Assembly (NCBI GenBank): GCA_964364455.1
Contig: CAYIMR010000003.1
Span: forward strand, 23 to 64,022
From: an uncultured Planctomycetales bacterium
GTDB taxonomy: Bacteria > Omnitrophota > Gorgyraeia > Zapsychrales > Zapsychraceae
Direction: 5' to 3'
Length of the DNA: 64,000 nucleotides
Shown piece after piece: positions 8,452 to 18,149 of this stretch. Under the pieces are notes generated by a model. The model did no database searches, had not been told where the DNA came from, and saw only the letters and a list, made by a program, of their open reading frames with translations. The position numbers were made by a program, and so were the translations under genes. Positions within the stretch are counted from its first letter, which is position 1; each line of letters starts with the position of its first letter.

Positions 8452-9467
8452 AAAAAATCCTTGTCGTGAACGTGAATTGGCTGGGCGACGTCATTTTTTC
8501 TTCACCGGTTTTCAAGGCGCTCAAGACGGCGTATCCGCAGTCGCAGATCAGTTGTCTGACCGTGCCGCGCGTCCGGGAGATCCTGGAGTCGATTCCCGGC
8601 ATTGATGAGATCATCGTCTACGATGAACAGGGCGTCCACCGGAATCCGCTTGCCAAACTGCGATTGATCCATGAACTTTCGCAAAAACATTTTGACGCGG
8701 CCTTTTTGTTGCACCGTTCATTGACCCGCGCGTTATTCGTTTTTCTTGCGGGGATCCCGCAGAGGATAGGATATGATGCCAAGGGCCGCGGGAGGTTCTT
8801 GACCCGCGCTATAAAAACACCGGATGAACGAACAACGCATCGTCTGGATTATTATCTTAACGTCGTGGAATCTTCCGGAGTTACCGTCGCGGACCGTGCC
8901 AGTTCATTAACGGTAAGTATCGCATCCGAAACAGAAAACCGTGATCTGCTTAAACGCCATGATGTCGGAGACAGGGATTTTTTGGTCGTCGTTCATCCTG
9001 GCGGGAACTGGGACCTGAAGCGTTGGCCGGTCCATCACTTCACCCGGCTCATCGACGAGTTGATGAAAGACGGAAAGGTCAAAGTCGTCATTTCCGGATC
9101 TGATCAAGACGTTGTTTTGACGGAGGCAATTATTTCCGGTCTGCGCCGTAAACCCATTATTTTGGCTGGAAAAGTTGATTTGAAACAACTGATGGCCCTT
9201 ATGAAACGCGCGGATTGCGTCGTGTCCGCGGATTCGGGGCCGCTCCACATCGCCAGCAGCGTGGGAACTAACGTCATCGGCATTTTCGGGCCGACCCGTC
9301 CTGAAATAACTGGTCCGCGCGGCAGCGGCCGCGCGGTCATTTTGCAACACGACGTGGGGTGCAATCGCCGGCCATGCTACAATCTGGAATGCCCTGATAA
9401 TATTTGCATGCAGGCGGTCAGTGTGAAGGAAGTCCTTGATGCGATTCGACAGTTCCAGGATCAATAA
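8448..9467 (+). CDS. Glycosyltransferase family 9 (LPS heptosyltransferase-like)
   Basis: MKKILVVNVNWLGDVIFSSPVFKALK... and VSADSGPLHIASSVGTNVIGIFGPT. ATG 8448 overlaps the upstream stop (ATGA). The longer track ORF from 8379 is an upstream extension. Confidence 0.8.
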   Translation: MKKILVVNVNWLGDVIFSSPVFKALKTAYPQSQISCLTVPRVREILESIPGIDEIIVYDEQGVHRNPLAKLRLIHELSQKHFDAAFLLHRSLTRALFVFLAGIPQRIGYDAKGRGRFLTRAIKTPDERTTHRLDYYLNVVESSGVTVADRASSLTVSIASETENRDLLKRHDVGDRDFLVVVHPGGNWDLKRWPVHHFTRLIDELMKDGKVKVVISGSDQDVVLTEAIISGLRRKPIILAGKVDLKQLMALMKRADCVVSADSGPLHIASSVGTNVIGIFGPTRPEITGPRGSGRAVILQHDVGCNRRPCYNLECPDNICMQAVSVKEVLDAIRQFQDQ

Positions 9468-10434
9468 AATATTGGTCATTTCCCTAAGCAACATTGGTGA
9501 TGTTATCCTGACGCTGCCGGTGATGGACATTCTGCTTGGCGATTTCCCGCGGGCGAAATTTTCGGTGGTAGTGGGGCCCAAAGCCGAAACGCTATTTAAA
9601 GGGAATCCGCTCATCAATGATGTCCATGTCTTTGATAAGAGTCAATCCGTCTGGAAAACGATTCCCTGGGTAGCTGGTTTGTGCGCCCAACGCTTTGATC
9701 TGGTGGTCGATCTGCGTAACACAGCTATACCGGTTTTAATTTTTCCGCGATATCGCACGCCTTTGATAGTGGCCAACCATGCCGGTATGCATATGAAATA
9801 CAAACACCTCCAGCGCTTGCACGCTGTTTATCCTCATGGCGTCGAGTCACCGAAACACTACGCACTCGCGGTTTCCCTGGACGACCAAGCCTGTATCCGT
9901 AACTTGTTACATACAACGTGGGGAGAAGACCAAAAATATATCATGGTGGCGCCGGGAGCGGCGAATGAGGCCAAACGATGGACGCCCCGGGGATTCATTG
10001 AAGTTTGCTATCACCTGATAAAGCGTTATCAGCAAAGAATCGTGTTTGTCGGGGACGCGGCCGATCATGGCGGCGCCGAGCGCATGGTGGAAGTTCTGGG
10101 TGCCAACACGCTGAATTTGTGTGGGCGTACGACCTTACTTCAATTGGCCCAGGTAACTCAAAGGGCGGCATTGGCTCTGGTCAATGACAGCGCGCCGATG
10201 CATGTGGCCAGTTATCTGGATGTACCCGTCCTCGCGTTATTCGGGTCCAGCGATGTCCGAAAGTATGGGCCATGGGGTCTTCACGGCCATTACCTGCAAA
10301 AGAATCAGGACTGTCCGGCCTGCCAGAACCCCAAAAATCCCGCCCGGCATAATTGCATGGCCGCCATCACCAGCCAAGATGTTTTGAACGCATTTCGGAT
10401 CGTCCAGGGACAGGTTATTTTCAATAAAACATGA
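9439..10434 (+). CDS. Glycosyltransferase family 9 (heptosyltransferase-like)
   Basis: KILVISLSNIGDVILTLPVMDIL... and LVNDSAPMHVASYLDVPVLALFG. ATG 9439 (track start 9436 is TTG). Confidence 0.75.
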   Translation: MRFDSSRINKILVISLSNIGDVILTLPVMDILLGDFPRAKFSVVVGPKAETLFKGNPLINDVHVFDKSQSVWKTIPWVAGLCAQRFDLVVDLRNTAIPVLIFPRYRTPLIVANHAGMHMKYKHLQRLHAVYPHGVESPKHYALAVSLDDQACIRNLLHTTWGEDQKYIMVAPGAANEAKRWTPRGFIEVCYHLIKRYQQRIVFVGDAADHGGAERMVEVLGANTLNLCGRTTLLQLAQVTQRAALALVNDSAPMHVASYLDVPVLALFGSSDVRKYGPWGLHGHYLQKNQDCPACQNPKNPARHNCMAAITSQDVLNAFRIVQGQVIFNKT

Positions 10435-11486
10435 ATGACTTTAGAAACATTCTTGTAGTGCGCACCGATCGGATGGGGGACGTGGTCTTGACAACGCCTG
10501 CTATCAAGGCCTTGCGCCAGGCATATCCTGCGGCCAGAATTTCGATCCTTGTCGCGCCGCTAACGAAAGACCTTGTCACGGGGAATCCTTATCTAGACGA
10601 AATTATCGTGGATGACCGCCGGGGCGACCATCGCGGGATATTCGGTTTTTGGCGTCTCGCCGCTGTCTTGCGGCAGAAAAAATTCGATCTGGCGATCGTT
10701 TATCACACCAAAAAGCGTACCAATTGTCTTTGCTGGGCCGCGGGAATTCCTCGACGGACGGGATACAGAAACGAAAAATTCGGCTTTTTATTGAACGATC
10801 CCATCCGTGATGAACGGCATTTCGGGAAACAGCATGAAGCACAATACTGTCTGGATGTTTTGAAACATCTGGGTATTTCCGGGAATAGTATATTCGATAA
10901 ATCGCCGCAAGACCTGGCCGACGATCTATATGTTCCGGTTTCAGCCGATTCCCGGGCATGGATCGAACAGTTTTGCATGGAATATCACATTAGCAGGCAG
11001 GAGCGTTTGATCGCCATCCATCCGGGCGCCAGCGACCCGGCGAAACGCTGGCCGGAAGGGCAGTTTGCCGAACTTATTGATCAATTGGCCAATCGTTACC
11101 AGGCCAGAATTGTTCTCATCGGCGCGCCGCATATGGCTGGCGTTGCCCGGCAGATCATGTCCGATACCCACGTTCCGGTTTTAGACCTGGCCGGACAGAC
11201 GGACGTAGGGCAGTTGGCAGGACTGTTGAAGCGATGTAGCTTGCTGGTCTCCAATGATTCAGGTCCGGTCCATATCGCCGCGGGCGTTAAAACGCCGTGT
11301 GTTTCTATCTTTACCCGCAATCAACCGGGGATCAATCCTCAACGCTGGCAACCGCTTGGGAAATTTTCCAGGGTTGCGAGCGTTCCACCCTCTAAATTCC
11401 GTCCTCAAGACGGCCCCGAATGTTCGGAAACTATTCCAACGCAGGCTGTTTTGGAAGCTGTTGACGCCCTATTTAAACTGTGTTAG
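10431..11486 (+). CDS. Glycosyltransferase family 9 (heptosyltransferase-like)
   Basis: ILVVRTDRMGDVVLTTPAIKALRQAYP... and LVSNDSGPVHIAAGVKTPCVSIF. ATGA overlap with the upstream gene. Confidence 0.8.
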   Translation: MNDFRNILVVRTDRMGDVVLTTPAIKALRQAYPAARISILVAPLTKDLVTGNPYLDEIIVDDRRGDHRGIFGFWRLAAVLRQKKFDLAIVYHTKKRTNCLCWAAGIPRRTGYRNEKFGFLLNDPIRDERHFGKQHEAQYCLDVLKHLGISGNSIFDKSPQDLADDLYVPVSADSRAWIEQFCMEYHISRQERLIAIHPGASDPAKRWPEGQFAELIDQLANRYQARIVLIGAPHMAGVARQIMSDTHVPVLDLAGQTDVGQLAGLLKRCSLLVSNDSGPVHIAAGVKTPCVSIFTRNQPGINPQRWQPLGKFSRVASVPPSKFRPQDGPECSETIPTQAVLEAVDALFKLC

Positions 11487-11531
11487 AATCCTTCGTTTCT
11501 TTTGGCTCAAAGACTAAAAGGCGGCCCGGAT

Positions 11532-12557
11532 ATGGCACAACTTCACTCCATCATTTCGAAATTTCACCGCAAGAAGATCATGGTGATCGGAGACATAATC
11601 CTTGACCAATATATTCAGGGTTATGTTACCCGGTTATCTCCAGAAGCGCCGGTCCCGGTTGTTGTGCAGGAGAGATCTTTCTATACACCGGGAGGGGCGG
11701 CCAATGTGGCGCATAATTTGTGCGGCTTGACCGCCCAAGCCGTGCTGGTCGGGAGGATCGGTGATGACCCGGAGGGGCAAATCCTCTTGCGGGAACTTCG
11801 CCAAAAAGGGATCAATACGCGGGGCATATTTATTGACAAGACGTTGCCGACTACCTGCAAGACCAGGGTCATCGCCCAGCGTCAGCAGATCGTTCGCATC
11901 GACCGCGAGAAAGCAGAAGATACCCCTAACAAGTTTGTTTCCGATAAGATCACGAATTTTATCCGCAAGGGCATGGAATCCTGTGACGCGGTCATTCTCT
12001 CCGACTACGGCAAAGGGTTGATCACGCCGCAACTGGTCAGTTTTGTGAGGGATCTGGCGTTAGCCAAAAAGAAAATTATTACGATCGACCCAAAAGTCGA
12101 ACATTTCAGTTATTACCGCAATGTCACGGCTATCACACCGAATTTGAAAGAAACCGAGAACGCCATCCGCAATATTAAGATCACCTCAACGCTGCCGGAA
12201 AAACTGGAGATTCATTTCGACCGGTTGCGCGACAACGGGCATATCGATTCGGCGGGGAAAGAATTACTGCGCTATTTGAACCTGGATTGCCTTTTGATCA
12301 CTTTGGGCGAACATGGCATGCGGTTGTTCGAGAAACAGAGGCCCCCCGTGAACATTAAAACCCGCGCGAAAGAAGTTTATGACGTTTCCGGCGCGGGTGA
12401 TACGGTCATCGCCACGTTTACGCTGGGCTTGAGCGCCGGTGCCAGGAAAAAAGAAGCCGCGGATCTGGCCAATCTGGCCGCGGGGATCGTGGTCGGCAAG
12501 CTCGGAACCGTAGCTGTCACTAAAAAAGAATTGTCGGAAGCGGTCAGGAGTCATTGA
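11532..12557 (+). CDS. hldA: D-glycero-beta-D-manno-heptose-7-phosphate kinase (RfaE domain I / HldA type, kinase only)
   Basis: KIMVIGDIILDQYIQGYVTRLSPEAPVPVVVQERSFYTPGGAANVAHNL... and DVSGAGDTVIATFTLGL (ribokinase fold, RfaE N-terminal domain signature). ATG 11532 follows AAAAGG. Confidence 0.8.
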   Translation: MAQLHSIISKFHRKKIMVIGDIILDQYIQGYVTRLSPEAPVPVVVQERSFYTPGGAANVAHNLCGLTAQAVLVGRIGDDPEGQILLRELRQKGINTRGIFIDKTLPTTCKTRVIAQRQQIVRIDREKAEDTPNKFVSDKITNFIRKGMESCDAVILSDYGKGLITPQLVSFVRDLALAKKKIITIDPKVEHFSYYRNVTAITPNLKETENAIRNIKITSTLPEKLEIHFDRLRDNGHIDSAGKELLRYLNLDCLLITLGEHGMRLFEKQRPPVNIKTRAKEVYDVSGAGDTVIATFTLGLSAGARKKEAADLANLAAGIVVGKLGTVAVTKKELSEAVRSH

Positions 12558-12559
12558 CA

Positions 12560-13288
12560 ATGCGAGCGATCGGCGTTATTCCTGCCCGCTGGGGTTCAAC
12601 GCGCTTTGAAGGCAAGATTTTAGCGGACATAAACGGTAAGCCGATGATCGAGCACGTCTGGCAACGGTCCCGGCGGAGCCGCTTGCTTAAGGAAGTCATC
12701 ATCGCTTGCGATGATGACCGGATTCTAAAAGCCGCTAAAACGTTCGGAGCAAAAGCAGTTTTGACGTCCAAAAATCACACCTCCGGCACGGACCGGATCG
12801 CGCAAGCCGTGGCTGATGTTTCGGCCGATATTATCGTTAATATTCAAGGTGATGAGCCGCTTATCCATTACAGCGTCATTGATAGCCTGGTGACGGCGTT
12901 GAGTAAATATCCGGATTATTTGATGGCAACGGCGATCAAGCTCATCCGGACGAAAGACGAATTGGAAAATCCGAATGTCGTCAAGGCGGTCATCGATGCC
13001 GCAGGCAACGCCTTGTATTTTTCGCGCTCCGTTATCCCTTACGACCGGGATCGGATCGGGATTCGGAAGATCCGATATTACAAGCATCTGGGGATCTACG
13101 CGTACCGCAAGAGTTTTTTGCTGAAATTCAAAGATATGCCGAAATCACGGCTGGAACAAGCGGAACAGCTGGAACAATTAAGGGCGCTGGAGGCGGGCGT
13201 CAAGATCAAAACGGTCCTCACCGGTATTGAAACAATCGGCGTGGACACACCGGAAGATTTAGCCCGCGTGGAACAGCTGTTACGGTAA
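12560..13288 (+). CDS. kdsB: 3-deoxy-manno-octulosonate cytidylyltransferase (CMP-KDO synthetase)
   Basis: AIGVIPARWGSTRFEGKILADINGKPMIEHVW...NIQGDEPLI... Start is ATG 12560, or TTG 12554. Confidence 0.9.
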   Translation: MRAIGVIPARWGSTRFEGKILADINGKPMIEHVWQRSRRSRLLKEVIIACDDDRILKAAKTFGAKAVLTSKNHTSGTDRIAQAVADVSADIIVNIQGDEPLIHYSVIDSLVTALSKYPDYLMATAIKLIRTKDELENPNVVKAVIDAAGNALYFSRSVIPYDRDRIGIRKIRYYKHLGIYAYRKSFLLKFKDMPKSRLEQAEQLEQLRALEAGVKIKTVLTGIETIGVDTPEDLARVEQLLR

Positions 13289-13338
13289 CATTTGCGAATG
13301 CGCTGCTCTACCAACCGAAAACCGGAGTCGATTTTTTC

Positions 13339-14178
13339 ATGACAAAAAGTAGAATAGTTCAGGTCGGTTCAGTCAAAATCGGCGGGGGCAAACCTTTCGT
13401 TTTGATCGCCGGGCCGTGCGTCATCGAAAGCCGGAAAATGACTTTGAATATCGCGCGAGCGTTAAAAGAGATCACGGCACAGGTCAAGGTCCCGCTCATT
13501 TTCAAGGCAAGTTACGATAAGGCCAACCGTACGTCCATCCATTCATTCCGCGGGCCCGGCTGGGCCGAAGGGCTTGACGTTTTAGCCGAAGTCAGAAGAG
13601 AATTGAAGCTCCCTGTTCTAAGCGACGTGCACACCCCGCAGGAGATCGAACAAGCCGCTGGAGTCCTCGACGTGTTGCAGATCCCCGCTTTTTTGTGCCG
13701 GCAGACGGACCTTCTTTTGGAGGCCGGAAAGACCGGCAAACCCGTGAATATCAAAAAGGGACAATTTTTGGCGCCATGGGACATGACGGAGGTCGTCAAA
13801 AAAGTGGAGAGCACGGGTAATCATAATATCTTGTTGACCGAGCGCGGGACAAGTTTCGGGTACAACACGCTGGTCAGTGATTTTCGGTCATTGAGCATTA
13901 TGCGGGAAACCGGTTACCCGGTTGTCTTTGACGCCACGCACAGCGTGCAGCAGCCGGGAGGATTGGCGACCGCTTCCGGAGGCCAGAGCGAGTATATTCC
14001 GCTTTTGTCGCGCGCCGCCGTTGCCGCCGGATGCGATGCCGTTTTTATGGAAGTTCATCCCAATCCCGCCAAAGCACTTTCGGACGGGCCGAACATGTTA
14101 GCGCTCAACGCGCTTAAAAAATTACTCATTGATTTGCAGGCGATCGACAGGATCATCAAGCGAACGCATAAAGGATAA
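13339..14178 (+). CDS. kdsA: 2-dehydro-3-deoxyphosphooctonate aldolase (KDO-8-P synthase)
   Basis: PFVLIAGPCVIESRKMTLNIA...PLIFKASYDKANRTSIHSFRGPG...FDATHSVQQPGG. Confidence 0.9.
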   Translation: MTKSRIVQVGSVKIGGGKPFVLIAGPCVIESRKMTLNIARALKEITAQVKVPLIFKASYDKANRTSIHSFRGPGWAEGLDVLAEVRRELKLPVLSDVHTPQEIEQAAGVLDVLQIPAFLCRQTDLLLEAGKTGKPVNIKKGQFLAPWDMTEVVKKVESTGNHNILLTERGTSFGYNTLVSDFRSLSIMRETGYPVVFDATHSVQQPGGLATASGGQSEYIPLLSRAAVAAGCDAVFMEVHPNPAKALSDGPNMLALNALKKLLIDLQAIDRIIKRTHKG

Positions 14179-14179
14179 A

Positions 14180-15139
14180 ATGACGATCCAAAAAGCCAAA
14201 GAAGTCATTGCCATCGAAGCCAAAGCCGTCGCAGATTTAATCGGGCGGATCAACCGTGATTTTATGAAAGCCGTTGGCCTGATCGCCAAATGCAAAGGCC
14301 GCGTGATCGTTGCCGGCATGGGCAAAACGGGGATCATCGGCCGCAAGATCGCCTCCACGTTTTCATCGACGGGCACACCCAGTTTATGGATGCACAGCGC
14401 GGAAGCCATCCACGGCGATTTGGGGCAAGTGACCCGCAATGACGTTGTCATTATTATTTCGAGCAGCGGCGAAACGGAAGAGACAAAGCGGCTTTTACCT
14501 CTTATCAAAAAAATTGGTTCCCGAACGATCGCCATGACGGGTAACCGTCATTCGACACTGGCAAAACATGCGGATGTCCTGCTGGATGTCTCGGTAAAAG
14601 AAGAAGGGTGTCCTCTGGGGCTGGCCCCGATGGCTTCCACAACGGCGACGCTGGTGATGGGTGACGCGTTGGCGGCTTGCCTGATCGTGCGCAAGGGATT
14701 TCAGAAAGAAGATTTCGCTTTTTATCATCCCGGCGGGATGCTCGGGCGCAGGCTTTTGTTGAGGGTTGAAGACATTATGCGTAAAGGCACGCACCATCCC
14801 AGGGTCCGTGAGAACATGAAGGTCAAACAAGTCCTGTTCGCCATTACCCGGGCACGCTGCGGTTCAGCCTGCGTTTTAGACAAGCGCGGAAAATTCGTTG
14901 GGATATTTACCGACGGGGATCTGCGTCGGCACCTGGAATCCAACACCAATGTTCTGGAACGCCGCGTGTCGGAGGTGATGACACGCAAACCCATAACGAT
15001 CTTGAAGGATAAACTGGCGGCTGAGGCTCTCAATATCTTGAAAGAGAAAAAGATCGATGAGGTACCCGTATTGGACAATCGCCGCCGGCTGGTCGGGCTG
15101 CTGGACGTTCAGGACCTTTTACGCGCAGGACTGGTATGA
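14180..15139 (+). CDS. kdsD: Arabinose-5-phosphate isomerase (KdsD/KpsF, SIS plus tandem CBS)
   Basis: GRVIVAGMGKTGIIGRKIASTFSSTGTPS...IIISSSGETEE... and a C-terminal CBS pair. ATG 14180 follows AAAGGA. Confidence 0.9.
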   Translation: MTIQKAKEVIAIEAKAVADLIGRINRDFMKAVGLIAKCKGRVIVAGMGKTGIIGRKIASTFSSTGTPSLWMHSAEAIHGDLGQVTRNDVVIIISSSGETEETKRLLPLIKKIGSRTIAMTGNRHSTLAKHADVLLDVSVKEEGCPLGLAPMASTTATLVMGDALAACLIVRKGFQKEDFAFYHPGGMLGRRLLLRVEDIMRKGTHHPRVRENMKVKQVLFAITRARCGSACVLDKRGKFVGIFTDGDLRRHLESNTNVLERRVSEVMTRKPITILKDKLAAEALNILKEKKIDEVPVLDNRRRLVGLLDVQDLLRAGLV

Positions 15140-15663
15140 ACAAGACGCTGAAAACAAAGCTGAATAAAATAAAACTTTTGGTCATGGACGTGGATGGTGT
15201 CCTGACGGACGGTAAGATCGTTGTGGACGCGCAGGGAAAAGAACTCAAATTTTTTGACGTGCAAGATGGTTTTGGGCTTGTGCTATTGCGCCAGGCGGGA
15301 ATAAAGACGGCTATTCTTTCGGCGCGTTCATCTTCCGCGGTAACAGCCCGCGCCGAAGACTTAAAAATTGACAAAATCTGCCAGGATGCGTATCCTAAGA
15401 CAAATGCTTACGAAAGTTTGATCAAAGAACTGGGATGCACCGATGAGCAAGTTTGTTTTATGGGTGATGACCTCCCGGATCTACCGGTATTAAAACGGGT
15501 TGGCCTTGCCGTTGCCGTACCCAATGCCATGGATGAGCTTAAAAAGATCGCCCATTACGTGACGACACGCAGAGGTGGCGCCGGGGCGGTACGTGAAGTG
15601 ATTGAATTAATTCTCAAGGCGCAAAGGAAATGGAAAAATATCGTTGCGCAGATGGAAAAATGA
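15136..15663 (+). CDS. kdsC: KDO-8-phosphate phosphatase (HAD, YrbI family)
   Basis: KLLVMDVDGVLTDGKIVVDAQGKELKFFDVQDGFGL...FMGDDLPDLPV... Confidence 0.85.
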   Translation: MNKTLKTKLNKIKLLVMDVDGVLTDGKIVVDAQGKELKFFDVQDGFGLVLLRQAGIKTAILSARSSSAVTARAEDLKIDKICQDAYPKTNAYESLIKELGCTDEQVCFMGDDLPDLPVLKRVGLAVAVPNAMDELKKIAHYVTTRRGGAGAVREVIELILKAQRKWKNIVAQMEK

Positions 15664-15667
15664 TCAC

Positions 15668-16495
15668 ATGAAAAAAAAATGTGTATTTCCGTTATTACTG
15701 ATTGTTATGGTGGGGACAACCGAAGTTGTATGGGCCGGTGAGCCCGGCCAGCAATTTGAAGGCTTCAATCTTCAGGGATATACCAAAGACGGGGGAAAAG
15801 CCTGGACAGTTAACGGAGACAACGCCGATATTTTGGGCGACAAGATCAGGATCTCAAACGTGGATGCCGAGTCCTACGGCGAAGAAAAAGTCTATCTGAC
15901 GGCCGAGACCGGAACGATCGATCAGAAGAGCAGCATGATTCACCTGGAAAAAGATGTCGTCATTACCAGCGAACGGGGAACCCGGATGACGACCGATTCG
16001 CTGGACTGGAACCGCAACGAAGATCTGGTCAAAACAAAAGATGATGTCAGGATCACGGACAAGGACATGACGATGACCGGCACGGGGATGGAAGCGCACC
16101 CGGCCATGAAAACGGCGCAGATCGATCAGGACGTGACGGTGACCATGGATACGGAACCCACGCCGGAGGTCACCTCGACTGTAACCATCACCTCCGATGG
16201 GCCGATGGAGATCGACCAAAACAAATCGTACGCTGTCTTTGAGGATAACGTCGTTGCCGTGCAGGCCGACCAGACCTTGAAGGCCGACCGGATGGAAATT
16301 TATTTCGATGAAGTTAAAAAGGGAATTAAAAATATGATCTGCACCGGCCATGTCGTGATCATCCGTGGGGACAACCAGTCATTTGCCGATAAAGCCGTTT
16401 ATAACGGCGCGGAAAAACGCCTGACGCTTTCCGGCCGGCCGAAACTCATCCTGGTCATTGAAGGGGACAATGCCATTACAGCTCTTGGAAACTAG
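15668..16495 (+). CDS. LPS export periplasmic protein, an apparent LptC-like/LptA(OstA)-like fusion
   Basis: Signal/anchor MKKKCVFPLLLIVMVGTTEVVWA. The first half has the LptC-type pattern (...YLTAETGTIDQKSSMIHLEKDVVITSERGTRMTTDSLDWNRNEDLV). The second half has the LptA/OstA pattern (ITSDGPMEIDQNKSYAVFEDNVVAVQADQTLKADRMEIYF...GHVVIIRGDNQSFADKAVYNGAEKRLTLSGRPKL). Confidence 0.7.
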   Translation: MKKKCVFPLLLIVMVGTTEVVWAGEPGQQFEGFNLQGYTKDGGKAWTVNGDNADILGDKIRISNVDAESYGEEKVYLTAETGTIDQKSSMIHLEKDVVITSERGTRMTTDSLDWNRNEDLVKTKDDVRITDKDMTMTGTGMEAHPAMKTAQIDQDVTVTMDTEPTPEVTSTVTITSDGPMEIDQNKSYAVFEDNVVAVQADQTLKADRMEIYFDEVKKGIKNMICTGHVVIIRGDNQSFADKAVYNGAEKRLTLSGRPKLILVIEGDNAITALGN

Positions 16496-17198
16496 AAATC
16501 TGGTCAAGAAGTACGGTCAGCGCCAGGTCGTGGACGGATTGAGTATTTCCGTCGGCCGTTCGGAGATTGTCGGACTGCTGGGTCCCAACGGCGCCGGCAA
16601 GACGACCACCTTTTATATGGCCGTCGGTATTATCAAACCGAACGCGGGCGAAATATTTTTTGATAATGAAAATATCACTTATAAGTCCATCCATGAGCGG
16701 TGCAAGCTGGGAATGGGATATTTGGCGCAGGAACCGTCGATCTTCCGGAAGTTGACCGTTGCCGAGAACATCCTGGCGATCCTGGAAACTTTGCCGCTTA
16801 GCCCGCGGGAACGCAAAAAACGGCTGCAGTCTTTACTGGAAGAATTGAACATCGCGCACCTGGCTAAAAATAAAGCCTATACGTTGTCGGGGGGGGAACG
16901 TCGCCGTCTTGAAATTACACGGGCATTGGTGACGAACCCGTCGTTTCTTTTGCTGGACGAACCTTTTTCCGGCATCGATCCGATCGTAGTAGCGGAAGCG
17001 CAGGAGATCATTAAAAATTTGAAACAGCGCGGGTTGGGGATCCTCTTGACAGATCATAACGTGAGAGAAACACTTTCCATTACGGACCGGGCGTACCTGA
17101 TCGCCGATGGCAGGATCCTTATTTCGGGCACGGCGCAGGATTTGATCAATGATCCGGAAGCCAAGAAAATTTATTTGGGTGAAAAATTTAGAATGTAA
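16470..17198 (+). CDS. lptB: LPS export ABC transporter ATP-binding protein
   Basis: LLETRNLVKKYGQRQVVDGLSISVGRSEIVGLLGPNGAGKTTTFYM...LSGGERRRLEITRAL...LLLDEPFSGIDP. ATG 16470 follows GAAGGGGA. Confidence 0.9.
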   Translation: MPLQLLETRNLVKKYGQRQVVDGLSISVGRSEIVGLLGPNGAGKTTTFYMAVGIIKPNAGEIFFDNENITYKSIHERCKLGMGYLAQEPSIFRKLTVAENILAILETLPLSPRERKKRLQSLLEELNIAHLAKNKAYTLSGGERRRLEITRALVTNPSFLLLDEPFSGIDPIVVAEAQEIIKNLKQRGLGILLTDHNVRETLSITDRAYLIADGRILISGTAQDLINDPEAKKIYLGEKFRM

Positions 17199-17254
17199 CG
17201 TGTGTTGCCGATTATCGCGGTAATCCAATTAACTGTGGAGGAGGTAGCTGATTT

Positions 17255-18148
17255 ATGAAATTAGCCGTTAAGAAACTCGACGCCGTCCGTTGGGAATTAA
17301 AATTTGAGATTCCCCGGGATCGCGTGTCAGAAAAATTCGATAAGATCTATGAAGAGCTGGGAAAAGTCGTGAAGGTCAGGGGATTCCGGCAAGGAAAAGT
17401 TCCCCGGCATATCCTGGAAAACCAGCATAGTAAACTTGCCAAGGAAGAAGTCATTAAGGAGCTCATCCCGGAGGTTTATCAGGAAGGGCTGGAGAAAGAA
17501 AAGATCAAGCCGATCGATCTGCCGGAGATCCTGGATGTCAATCTTGATGAAGGCAAGGTGACCTTCACCGTCAAACTGGACGTCAAACCGGAGGTCAGGG
17601 TCGGCGATTACAAGAAGATCAAGGTCACGCGCAAGAGTTCCACCGTCACGCTGGAAGAAGTGAACAAGACGCTGGAATTTTTCAAAAAAAGCCAGGGAGA
17701 GGGCAAAGAGATCACGATCGATGACGCCTTCGCCCACGGCTTGGGCTTCCCCAGTTTGGAGGAATTTACCAAATCGCTTTCCCGTCAATTGGAGATCGAC
17801 AAAGACCGTCACAACCGGATGGATGTCGAGAATCAGGTCGCGGAGCATCTTCTGAAAAAGGCCAAACTGACAACGCCGGGTTCAATGGTCAAAAAGCAAC
17901 TCGCGCGCCGTCTGGAAGATATTCATCGCCGGCTTGCGTCGCAAGGGTTGTCCCCTGAGGAGATCAAGAAGAAAGAAGAGGAGATCCGTCCGCAGCTCGA
18001 AGAGTCCGTTGAAAAGGACATTCGCATATATCTGATCCTCGATAAAATTGCCGAACAAGAAAGCGTACCGGTCAAGGAAAACGAAAATCTGGCCGCGAAG
18101 GTCATGGAATTTCTACTTAAAGAAGCAGAATGGGAGGAGGCTAAGTAA
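17255..18148 (+). CDS. tig: Trigger factor, short form that appears to lack the central FKBP PPIase domain
   Basis: The N-terminal ribosome-binding region has the GFRxGKxP signature ([15 protein letters not shown]). The C-terminal arm region follows directly after about residue 150. 297 aa in total, and adjacent to clpP as in the canonical tig-clpP synteny. Confidence 0.75.
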   Translation: MKLAVKKLDAVRWELKFEIPRDRVSEKFDKIYEELGKVVKVRGFRQGKVPRHILENQHSKLAKEEVIKELIPEVYQEGLEKEKIKPIDLPEILDVNLDEGKVTFTVKLDVKPEVRVGDYKKIKVTRKSSTVTLEEVNKTLEFFKKSQGEGKEITIDDAFAHGLGFPSLEEFTKSLSRQLEIDKDRHNRMDVENQVAEHLLKKAKLTTPGSMVKKQLARRLEDIHRRLASQGLSPEEIKKKEEEIRPQLEESVEKDIRIYLILDKIAEQESVPVKENENLAAKVMEFLLKEAEWEEAK

Positions 18149-18149
18149 G

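Noticed and set aside
8907-9617. A 236-aa minus-strand ORF. The same applies to similar long minus-strand ORFs at 28981-29571, 42918-43526, 48006-48608, 55483-56088, 60173-60883 and 61548-62261.
   Set aside because: Each lies fully inside a confidently identified + strand gene (GT9, cpaF, rnhB, folD, rho, trpD, trpC/trpF). All have Arg/Gly/Pro/His-rich compositions typical of antisense frames in GC-rich coding DNA.
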